From Prorocentrum cordatum (lineage: Eukaryota), in the NCBI GenBank assembly GCA_963575745.1, contig CAUYUJ010000135.1, positions 62,001-117,779 of the forward strand: a stretch of DNA of 55,779 nt. The letters run 5' to 3'. The first letter of the stretch is position 1. Each line of letters opens with the position of its first letter. Of this stretch, positions 1 to 10,917 are shown piece after piece. The position numbers were made by a program, and so were the translations under genes. A model generated the notes under the pieces. That model did not search any database, had not been told where the DNA came from, and worked only from the letters and a program-made list of their open reading frames with translations.

Positions 1-159
1 CTCATCAGAATCGGTTTCTGGTCATTGTATTCGTCTTCCTCCTCCTCCTCCACCTCCTCATACCTAAAATCCATCACGTCTTGCTTCTCCATCCTTCATC
101 TGTCACCCCGTGTCCTCCCTATCCCTCCTGCCCCCCACCACCACAGTCATCATCGCCAT

Positions 160-369
160 CATCCACTCCTCCTCCTCCTCCTCCTCCTCCTCCTCCTCCT
201 CCCCCTCCTCCTCCTCCTCCGCCGCCTCGGCCTCCTCCTCCTCCTCCGCCGCCTCGGCCTCCGCCTCCTCCTCCGCCTCCTCCTCATACTCCCTCCTCCT
301 CCTCCTCCTCCTCCTCCTCCTCCTCCTCCTCCTCCTCCTCCTCCTCCTCCTCCTCCTCCTCCTCCTCCT
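160..369. repeat. (CCT)n microsatellite
   Basis: Direct reading; near-pure CCT run from ~292 to 369. Confidence 0.95.
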
Positions 370-595
370 GGAGGCCCGATGAGCCTCAAGGCCTCGAAGA
401 CGGCGCAGAGCACTATCAGCATGGCCTTGGAGCGGGTGCCCACCCGCCACGCGATCCAGCTGTGGAGCGCCGGGTTCCAGCGCCTCGGATGCCCGGGAGC
501 CTGCCGGAGCAGGGGCCGACCCTCCTGGCACGCCTATAGTCCTACTACGAAATGTTCCTGGAACCCCAACTTGTTCGAAGAACAAAAACTGACTA

Positions 596-750
596 CCTAC
601 CAGACCACCCCAACCCAACCCGAAGGCCCGAATTTCGGGTTGGGGGGGGTAAGGGTTCCATACGTGTTTTTTCGACGTTCCCGGACCCACCCCCACTGGA
701 AATCGAGGGTAAATCTGAGCCTTCGGGTTGGGTTGGGGTGGTTTGGTGGG
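596..750. repeat. ~40-bp imperfect inverted repeat pair (MITE-like hairpin)
   Basis: accaccccaacccaacccgaaggc (604-627) is the exact reverse complement of gccttcgggttgggttggggtggt (719-742); pairing extends with mismatches to ~596-635 / 711-750. Confidence 0.8.
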
Positions 751-1210
751 TGGTGAAAAACAAGGTTCTCATAACATAAGCCCGATGTGTTAAAAAACAA
801 GACACTCCCAGCCAGAAATGTTCGAATAACATCTCGTGCAGACCACAGAAGGTTCTTTGACAGGCCTACAGGTGAGCCAGGACGCTTCGCCACTGCTTGA
901 CCTGCAGCCCCGATCGGTCAGTCTGAACCAGATTTCCCGGCCGGCCAAACCGGACAAGGAGGAGGGACAAAAGTAACAGTAGCAGCTATCGTACTGGAAA
1001 GAAGCGCGACGACGGAAAGGAAGAAAAAGGAGGAGGGAGCAGGAAGAAGGGCAAGGAGGATCTCTCGTCCAGCGCAGCGGACACACGTTTCCCCCACGTC
1101 CCGTCGTCAGGCCAGGCCTTGCACGTGCACGAGAGCGAAATCCGCCGACCCTGTCGGCGTGTGGAAGATGCTTTTCCGTTCGTCGTGAACGTCGTCGTCG
1201 TCGTCGCCGC

Positions 1211-1262
<52 letters not shown>

Positions 1263-1272
1263 GCTCTTCCGT

Positions 1273-1322
<50 letters not shown>

Positions 1323-2807
1323 CTCCCGTCAGGCGCGCCAGCCAAAGCGAAACCAAAGCGAAATCGAGCAACGTCGTAGCTGAGTCGAAGGCAAAGCGAA
1401 ATTGAGCAAGTCGTAGCTGAGTCGAAGGGAAGCCCCTTCCCTTTGATCCCTTCCCCGCCAAGGGGGGGTGGGGTGGGGGGGGGGGGGGGGGGGGGGAATC
1501 CCCGGGGGGGGGTCCCGGGGGGGGGGGGGGGGGGGGGGGAGGGGGGGGGGGGGGCAGATACGCATCCCCCCCGGGATGTCCCGGGACCTAGAAAAGCCCC
1601 CAGACTGGCCAAGAGTGCCCCAAGAGGCTGCCAAGACGGCTCCAGAGGGCCCCGAATCGCCGAACCATCGGTCGAAGACGCCAAAGTAGCCTCCAGACGG
1701 CCCAAAGAGATTGCCAAGACGCTCCAAGAAGTCTCCAAGAGCACTCCCAAGAGGGCACGAAGAGGGAAAATCAATGATTTCCTTGCAGTTTTTGACAGAT
1801 TTTGGCGTTCTCGCCGTTTCAACTTGCCGACGCTCCAAGACGGCCCCAGATGCCCCCAAGATTGCCCCAAGATAGCCCAAGAGGCCTCAAGAGAGCCCCA
1901 AAATGACCCAAGAGAGCCTCAAGACCGCCCAAGATGCCTCCAAGATGGCCCCAGAGGCTCCCCAAACGGCTCCAACAGGGTGCCCAGACGGGGGGCCCGA
2001 CGAGCCCTCGGCGACAGAGGCTCCCAGGAAGCCCCAAGATGCCCCCAAGAGGCCACCACGAGACCCCCAAAAGGCCCCCAGGAAACCCCAAGAGGCCCAC
2101 AGGAGCTTCGCATGCTCATCCGGCATGAGCTGAGGCTCTGTTGGCTCACCCTTTAACCGCAACGTAGCTACTGAAAAGCGCGGGGCAAGGTAGCTGCCCC
2201 CGGAGTGCCGAGCCCAAGAACACTCCAAAGCAACCCCAAAGGCTCCCAAGACCCCCCCCCCAATACGGTCGAAAAGACACACGAGAAAGCCCCAAGCTGG
2301 CCCAAGAAGGCCCCGAGAGAGTCCCCGAGAGAGCCCCAGAGAGTCCCCGAGAGACCCTTGAGAATAGCTCCAGATCGCCACCGCCGTCAACGTCGTCGTC
2401 GTCGGCCATAGATGCTCCCGAAAAAGCCTCACGATTGCCAACAATGGCCCCAACACGACCCCCCCCCACACGAGACCCAAAGATACCCCCAAGAGGCCCC
2501 CCCAGCCACATTAGAGAACGCATGGGTCGCCCTCCAGGGTCGGCGGCACCGGCCGTAAGGCCTTCGCAATAGAACAGCAGCGGCGGGCAAAGCAGCGGCG
2601 ACATTCGAATTATCCCCGGCGCGGGAGTTAGCGCAGTGGCTCGCGGGCGCGGATTCCAAATGGCAGAACGCGATGACCATCATGAGGAACACGCAGCCTG
2701 ATCGCGGAATGCCCAGGCCACGGCGCTAGCAGGTGCTAGTCACAGGGCGGCGCCTGCACACCCGACCTGGCCCTGCAGGTCGTTGCGCGCATGAGTTCTG
2801 AAAGTGC

Positions 2808-5436
2808 TCATTCCCACCCGGGCGGTCCTATCGTGGAGCGCGTTGCAGGCCGTCTGGGACTCCGTCGAGGCCTTGCAAGATAGGCCTTGCACGACCTGCT
2901 GGCGCGGAGGGGCCAAACGCTGACAACCACTTGCACGAACTCGTCGTGGGGCCTCCGGTGGTGGACTGATCCGCGAGGTAGAAGCCCGTCTGCGCGATCA
3001 GATGCTGCATGAAGGACTGCGCCAGCGCATTCTTCGTCTGCTGGGAGGCGCCCCTTGATCTCGCCGTCCGCGATGGCCTTGAGGGCTGGCACGGCGCTCG
3101 GCCGCCGGCCGGGCCTGGAGGGCACACGGGGTCGCAAACTGCCGACCTCCATGGCGGGAAGGGCATGATTGATCTTAGTGATCGCGGGCCCGGGGTCCTT
3201 CCGCAGCGCGGCGCCCATCGTGGTCTGCCAGGTCTCCGGGGTGGCCTCCGTGGCGACACGGACACTGGACTTGGCGACGGAAACAGCCCCCGAGCACATG
3301 TTCCAGAACGCGTTGATGGAGTCCGCATGGCCCGCCTCAGCTAGGAGGGGACCCGTGTCCGTGAGCAGGTCCAAGGAAGCAAAGCAAACGCCAATCAGGA
3401 GACGCCCTCGAATGAGGTGCATCAGCAGCTCCGTGGTGAGCGAAGACGCGTGGCTGGCGAAACGAATCTCGACTTGGCTTCGGGGCGTCTCCGTCGCATG
3501 GCCGGGGCCGCAATACATGCCGCCGACGACCGCGGATGAATCCAGGCCACGGGGCGCGCATGACCTCCAGGCCAACGCCAGAAGAGAAGTCCACGATGCA
3601 AGTCGGAAGCGCGGCCACCGACAAGACATGCGCCTCCAGGTCGCGGACGCAAAGTGCCTGGCGGAGCAGCAGCGAAGATATCGCCAGGACCGCCAGGCCT
3701 CGTAACTCGTGACGGGAACCTGCAGGGCCAGGAGAGATGAACTCGAATGGCTGCGGATGGAACTCAACGTTGCGGGCCATGCCCAACCACTTGTCGCCTG
3801 AGAAGTCGTGCCAGCACAAGTCGCAGATGGACTCGGCACTGGTGCAGCCCGGGTGCCAATCCAGCGGGGCCAGGAAACGGATGCATTCGCAGGATTCTCC
3901 GCGCGATCGGCCAGCAGACGCTGCAGTGGAGGTCCGCCGACCCTCCTGCAGCGCCCAGAATGCTCGACCATTGGGCGCCCACCACCGCCGCCCCCAATGG
4001 GGCCGCCCCGAGCACGACCTTCAAAGCACGGCTGCTCAGCTCCTTCCAGAGAGGGAGTTTGGAGGGACGTGCGCGCTTAGTTTCCAGGATCCACGCGTCG
4101 AAGGCAGGAGAGCCCAAAATCGAATCGATAAGTGGAATCGGCGATCGACATGAATCGGATCGGCGGAAATCGGCAGCCAAGTCGGGAGGAGTCGAGTCGG
4201 CGGAAATCGCCAGAGTATTGGGGCCTCATTGGCACATCGGAATCCAAGTCGGAATCCGAAGTCGAATCGAATCGGAATCGGAAGCCATCGAAATCGAATC
4301 GGATCGAACCGGAGGAATCGAAATGAGCCCTGAGACGTGCGCGCTTTGTTTCCAGGATCCACGCGTTGAAGGAGTCGAAGAAGGCTTCGGCGGCCTGGGA
4401 GACCTTCTGCCTGGATGCGCGGGCGTCGCATCTGTCCCTGCCGGCTCGCCCCGCCGATCATCCGGAGGCCATCAGCGGGTGGCATGCGGAGGCGTGTCTC
4501 CATGGTGCTCAGGGAAACCGGTCGGGCCCCTCCAGAGGTGCCAAACCCGGACACGATCGCGCCGTGAGAAAATCCGGACGGGAGGTTGTTGGCCAACTTC
4601 GGCCTCGGGGGGCCCTCGCCGGGCCTCGTGACCGTCCAAGAACGACTCGGGATGAAAAACCGGCCCCGGGGAACAGGTCGGGACTTCCGAGGACACCGTC
4701 CCGAAGAAGTCAGGACGTCGCATGTCTGGGAGCCAGGGATGCTCCATGGTCCGGCAGCGTCGGTGGCGCACGCGAGCGCCCACAGGACTTGGTCGAACTC
4801 CATCTCCGTGTCCAGAGAGCGTGGGATGACGCTGCGGCCGTTGATCGTGCGCGCCCCCCCGTTGAACTCGACGCGCGCGAACATCTAACGCTCGATCAGC
4901 GCCGCGAAGGCAGAGGGCGTCTCCGCGGCGGCTGGGGGCTGAGGTGCGGCGGCAGCCTGAGTGCCAGGTGCAGCGGACATCTGCAGAGCCGCCATGCCCT
5001 GCGTGGCGCCAGAGCTCTCGGCCTCGACGTCCATGCCATCGGTGCGGCCCTGCGTCAGGCCACTGCCGTCGGCAGGGAGGCCGACGGCAGCTGCAGTCCT
5101 CAGCCAAGCTCGCTCCAGGACCTGCGGCGGCAGGGCGGTCGCGTCAGCTCCGCCCAGGGCCGCTCCGAGCGGCTGATGCGCCGCGCCAACGTTCGCGCCT
5201 GGGAGTGCGAGGGCAGCCACTCCGCGGGCCGGGCACCCCCAGCAATACGCCGCCATGGTGGCCGCCCCAGCAATCGGCCGGGTCCGGGAAGGAAACGGAG
5301 GTACAACCTTCTGCCGCTGCCCGTGTTCGCGCAGTAGCGCAACAGTGTGCGGAATGTGTCAGCGGAAATCTGCCCCGCCCCCCGCCCCGTCACGAAAGTG
5401 TCCGAGGCTTTGGGCCCGACCTTGAGCCAATAGCCC
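2808..5436 (-). pseudogene. Decayed, apparently intron-poor coding relic of unknown identity, possibly retroposed
   Basis: ORFs 4885..5256 and 4036..4884 are in frame and separated by a single TAG; further protein-like ORFs at 2808..3971 and 2828..3328; partial SL-like TTGGCTCAAG at 5421-5430 (minus) upstream. No domain recognised. Confidence 0.35.
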
Positions 5437-5966
5437 AAGAGACCTCTAATATTGCTCCAAGGCGGCACAAGCGACCCCCAAGAGAGCCCAAGAGAGCCCC
5501 AGGACAACCCCGGATGCCTCCAAGATGGCCCAAGATGGCCTCAAGAAGGGAAACAAGAACTTGTATTTCGAGCACTCCGCCCAGAGATTGCCCCCGAGAC
5601 TGCCAGAAGGCCCCCAAGAACTCCAGGAGACACCCGAGAGGCCCCCAAGCGGCCCAAAAGTGGCCCAAAGAGGCAGGCCTCCCAAGAGATCCTCATAGGC
5701 ATCCAAGACGAAACTGACCCACAACCCAGACACGGAGGTGGGATGAGACGAAGGCCACTAGTACAAGTACAATCGGCATGCAAATCGAAATGCAAATCAA
5801 ACAAATAATGTAAATACGAATCACACTCAAACTGGCATTGAAATCGTGATGACAATCAAAATACCAACATAATTTGCAATCGCCATACACACCGTAGTGC
5901 AAATCGAGCAGAACGTCGACATGCAGATTCGAAATGAAAGTTCCGCAATCCCCCCCCAAAAAAAAA

Positions 5967-8900
5967 CATGATCGACCCACGAACCCGGAAAGGAATATAG
6001 AAATGTAAGGCATGGCAACTGTTCAAAGACACTTGATTGGGCGACGGGCAAATGCAATGCAGAATGTATCGATCTTAATGTACTGTGCCAGGGGCTGTGC
6101 TGTGCTGCACCGTGCTCACCGTGCTGAACTGCGATGTTCCATACCGCGATTGTGCTCTACATAGCGTCGTGGATCGAGTCTTCCTTAACATCCGAGTCCT
6201 GACCGAATTGATCTGGATCTTAAGCTCGAGCTGACTGAGCAGATGGTAGCTGCCCCAGAACCAATCGACAGAGGGGACATGCCAGGAGGACGCGCCGCGG
6301 AACATCCCAAAGGACACGCCAAGCGACGTGCCAGGGGGCGTGCCATGGGCACGCACCGCGTGTCGTGCCAAGCGGACGCGCTACGGAACGTGCCAATGGA
6401 CGTGCCGCGGGACGTGCCAGGGGGCGCGCCACGCGACGTGCCAGGGGGACTCGCCAAGGGACGCCCCAGGAAACGTGCCAAGTTGCAATGCTGAGTGTAT
6501 CGATCTTGATGTACCATGCCGAAATCAGTGCTGTGCTGCGCCGTGCTGAACTGCGATGTGCCATGCCGCGATTGTGCTCTAGATAGCGTTGTGGATCGAG
6601 TCCTCGTTGCATCCGAGTCCTGACCGAACTGATCTGGATCTTAAGCTCGAGCTGACTGAGCAGATGGTAGCTGCCCCAGAACCAATCGACAGGGGACATG
6701 CCAGGAGGACGCGCCGCGGAACGTCCCAAAGGACACGCCAAGCGACGTGCCAGGGGACGTGCCATGGGCACGCACCGCGGGACGTGCCTAGGAGACGCGC
6801 TACGGAACGTGCCAATGGACGTGCCGCGGGACGTGCCAGGGGACGCGCCACGCGACGTGCCAGGGGGACTCGCCAAGGGACGCCCCACGGAACGTGCCAA
6901 GTTGCAATGCTGAGTGTATCGATCTTGATGTACCATGCCGAAATCTGTGCTGTGATGCGCCGTGCTGAACTGCGATGTGCCATGCCGCGATTGTGCTCTA
7001 GATATCGTTGTGGATCGAGTCCTCTTTGCATCCGAGTCCTGACCGAACTGATCTGGATCTTAAGCTCGAGCTGCCTGAACACATAGTAGCTGCCCCAGAA
7101 CTAATCGACAGGGGGACATGCCAGGAGGACGCGCCGCGGAACGTCCCAAGGGACGCGCCAGGCGACGTGCCAGGGGGCGTGCCATGGGCACGCACCGCGG
7201 GACGTGCAAGGGGACGCGCTACGGAACGTGCCAAGGGACGTGCACCGCGCGACGTGCCAGGGGGACTCGCCACGGGACGTGCCGGATCTCGCCAAGGGAC
7301 TCCAAAGGAACGTGCCAAGGGAATGCAAGTTGCAGGCTGAGTGTACGATTTGATGCTAACAAGCCCGAATCTGTGATGTCATCGCGCACGTGCGGAATTG
7401 CGATGTGCCATGCCGCGATTGTGCTATATAGCCTCGTGGATCGAGTCCTCCTTTGCATCCGAGTCCTGATCTGAATCTTAAGCTCGAGCTGCCTGAACAC
7501 ATAGTAGCTGCCCCAGAGCTAATAGACAGAGGGGACATGCCAGGAGGACGCGCCTCGGAACGTCCCAAGGGACGCGCCAAGCGACATGCCAGGGGACGTG
7601 CCATGGGCACGCACCGCGGGACGTGCCAAGGGGACGCGCTACGGAACGTGCTGGGGACAAGCGTTTCGCTCGAGACATCCTGCCAACATCCTCAGAATTC
7701 CTGCGCGCGGGACGCGGCACGCGCGAGACATCCTCGGAATTCCTGCGAGCGGGACGTGAAAACAAGCATTTCGCCTGAGACATCCTCTGAATTCTGGACC
7801 CCACGAGGCCCCCCACGAGGCCCCCGCTCGAGACATCCCCCAATTTTGCAAAACCAGCGGTTCGCTCGAAACGTCTTCAACAAATTATGAAAGACAATCA
7901 TTTCGCTCGAGACATCCTGCCAAAATTCAAGGAAATCCTAGCAAAACAAACGAATTAGTCGAGACATCGTCGAAATTCCTGCGCGCGGGACGCGGCACGC
8001 GCGAAACATCATCGGAATTCCTGCGCGCGGGGCGCTTTTCCGCGTCGCGGTCGGCTCTGCAAAACCAGCGTTTCGCTGGAGACATCCTCAACAAATTCTG
8101 AAAACAAGCGTTTCGCTCGAGACATCCCCAACTCTGCAAAACCAGCGTTTCGCTCGAGACATCCTCAACAAATTCTGAAAAACAAACGTTTCGCTAGGGA
8201 CATCCTCAAAAATAATTTTAATTTCGCCGGCCAAAGTCGCAGGGGGCGGGGGGTTACCCTACTAAAAGAGAAACCCTGGGCCGAGCCTTTCCGGGACCTG
8301 ATCGGTTACCACGAACCCGGAAAGGAATGTTAGAACTGTAACACATAGGCAGCGTTTTCAAGACAACCTGATCTGGGTGACGGGCAAATGCAATTAATTG
8401 AAGGTACGATCTTGATGTACCGTGCCGAAATCTGTGCTGTGCTGCGCCGTGCTGAATTGCGATGTGCCATGCCGCGATTGTGCTCTATAGCCTCGTGGAT
8501 CGAGTCCTCTTTTGCATCCGAGTCCTGACCGAACTGATCTGGATCTTAAGCTCGAGCTGCCTGAACACATAGTAGCTGCCCCAGAGCTAATGGACAGGGG
8601 AACATGCCAGGAGGACGCGCCGCGAAACGTCCCAAGTGATGCGCCAGGCGACGTGCCAGGGGACGTGCCATGGGGTCGCACCGCGGGACGTGCCAAGGGG
8701 ACGCGCTACGGAACGTGCCAATGGATGTGCCACGGGATGTGCCAGCGGACGCGCCACGCGACGTGCCAGGGGAATCGCTAAAGGATCCACACGACGTGCC
8801 AAGGAACGTTGCAAGTTGCAAAGGTGGCTGAGCGTAATCGACTTGATTTGTACATTGCCCCCCCCGTGTACATCAATGCGTGCTGCGCCGTGCTGACGGC

Positions 8901-10879
8901 GATCTGTGACATGGCGTCGGACTGCTCTGCGTTGTGGATCGTGTAATCTTTGCATCCGAGTCCTGACCGAACTGATTTGGATCTTAAGCTCGAGCTGCCT
9001 GAACACATAGTAGCTGCCCCAGAGCAAATGGACAGGGGAACATGCCAGGAGGACGCGACGCAGAACGTCTCAAGGGACGCGCCAAGCGACGTGCCAAGGG
9101 ACGTGCCATGGGGACGCACCGCGGGACCTGCCAAGGGGACGCGCTACGGAACGTGCTGGGGACAAGCGTTTCGCTCGAGACATCCTGTCAAAATCATCTG
9201 AATTCCTACGCGCGGGAAGCTGCACGCGCGAGACATCCTCGGAATTCCTGCGAGCGGGACGTGCAAACAAGCATTTCGCCTGAGACATCCTTTGAATTCT
9301 GGCCCCCCACGAGGCCACCGCTCGAGACATCCTCCAATTTTGCAAAACCAGCGTTTCGCTCGAGACATCCTCAACAAATTATGGAAAACAAGCGTTTCGC
9401 TCGAGACATCCTGTCAAAATCCAAAGAAATCCAAATACCCGCGCGCGGGACGCGGCACGCGCGAGACATCCTTGGAATTCCTGCGCGAGGGGGGCTTTTC
9501 CGTGTCGCGGTCGGCTCTGCAAAACCAGCGTGTCGCTCGAGACATCCTCAACAAATTCTGAAACCAAGCGTTTCGCTCGAGACATCCCCAACTCTGCAAA
9601 ACCAGCGTCTCGCTCGAGACATCCTCAACAAAATCTGAAAAACAAGCGTTTCGCTCGAGACATCCTCAAAAAACAGAGAAACCCCGGAGTGACCCCCACG
9701 ATGAGGCATCTAAGATGAGACTTGTCGTCGTCGTCGTCCGCCTCCGCCAACCGCGACATCTTTCGTAGATCGTCGGCTGTCCTCGACACTCATCGTGAAA
9801 GCGTGGGCTCTACAGACCCCCAAGAGACCCTCTAAGAGAACCCCGAGACACCCCACGCAAGGCTCTAAGATGAGACTTTGTCGTCGTCGTCGCCGCCGCC
9901 GCCACCGCGACGTCGTCGTCGTCGTCGCGCTGTCCTCGATCACTCGATCGTGAAAGCGTGGGCTCTACAGACCCCCCAGGAGACCCTCCCAAAGAACCCC
10001 AAGACACCGCTCCACGCAAGGCTCTAAGATGAGACTTTGTCGTCGTCGTCGCCGCCGCCGCCACCGCGCGTGGGCTCTACAGACCCCCAAGAGACCCTCC
10101 AAGAGACCCCCACGCAAGGCTCTAAGATGAGACTTTGTCGTCGTCGTCGCCGCCGCCGCCCTGTCCTCGATCCCTCGATCGTGTAAGCGTGGGCTCTACA
10201 GACCCTCAAGAGACCCTCCAAGAGAACCCCAAGAGTCCCCCCCACGCAAGGCTCTAAGATGAGACTTTGTCGTCGTCATCGCCTCCCCCTGCCCCCCGCA
10301 GCGCCCCTCCACGGCGAGTCGTAGTCGTGTCGCGCTGGGTCATCGAGCCCAGATTCAGTCGATTGGGTGGGCTGCTGCAGACCGTCAGGCTTCCATGGGC
10401 CATCGCCCCGGAGAGACCCCCCCACGAGAGGCTCTAAGATGAGACTTTGTCGTCGTCGTCGCCGCCGCCGCCACCGCGACGTGGTCGTCCTCGTCGCGCT
10501 GTCCTCGATCCCTCGATCGTGTAAGCGTGGGCTCTACAAACCGTCAAGAGACCCTCCAAGAGAACCCCAAGAGACCCCCCCACGCAAGGCTCTAAGATGA
10601 GACTTTGTCGTCGTCGTCGTCGCCGCCGCCGCCACCGCGACGTCGGCGTCGTCGTCGCGCTGTCCTCGATCCCTCGATCGTGTAAGCGTGGGCTCTACAG
10701 ACCCTCCAGAGACCCTCCAAGAGAACCCCAAGAGACCCCCCCCCGCAAGGCTCTAAGATGAGACTTTGTCGTCGTGGTGGACGCCGCCGCCACCGCGACG
10801 TCGTCGTCGTCGCGCTGTCCTCGACCCGTCGATCATGTAAGCGTGGACTCGACAAACCGTCCAAGAGAACCCCAAGAGA

Positions 10880-10917
<38 letters not shown>

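Noticed and set aside
25..756. Long ORFs of poly-Pro/Leu/Ser/Arg/Glu (also 986..1870, 17071..18009, 26548..28032, 29054..30151, 31385..32641)
   Set aside because: They are translations of microsatellites that lack stop codons; no evidence of coding.
370..1150. Possible exons at ~376-533, ~872-939 and ~1073-1150
   Set aside because: Plausible splice signals and open frames exist on both strands; strand and gene membership could not be decided.
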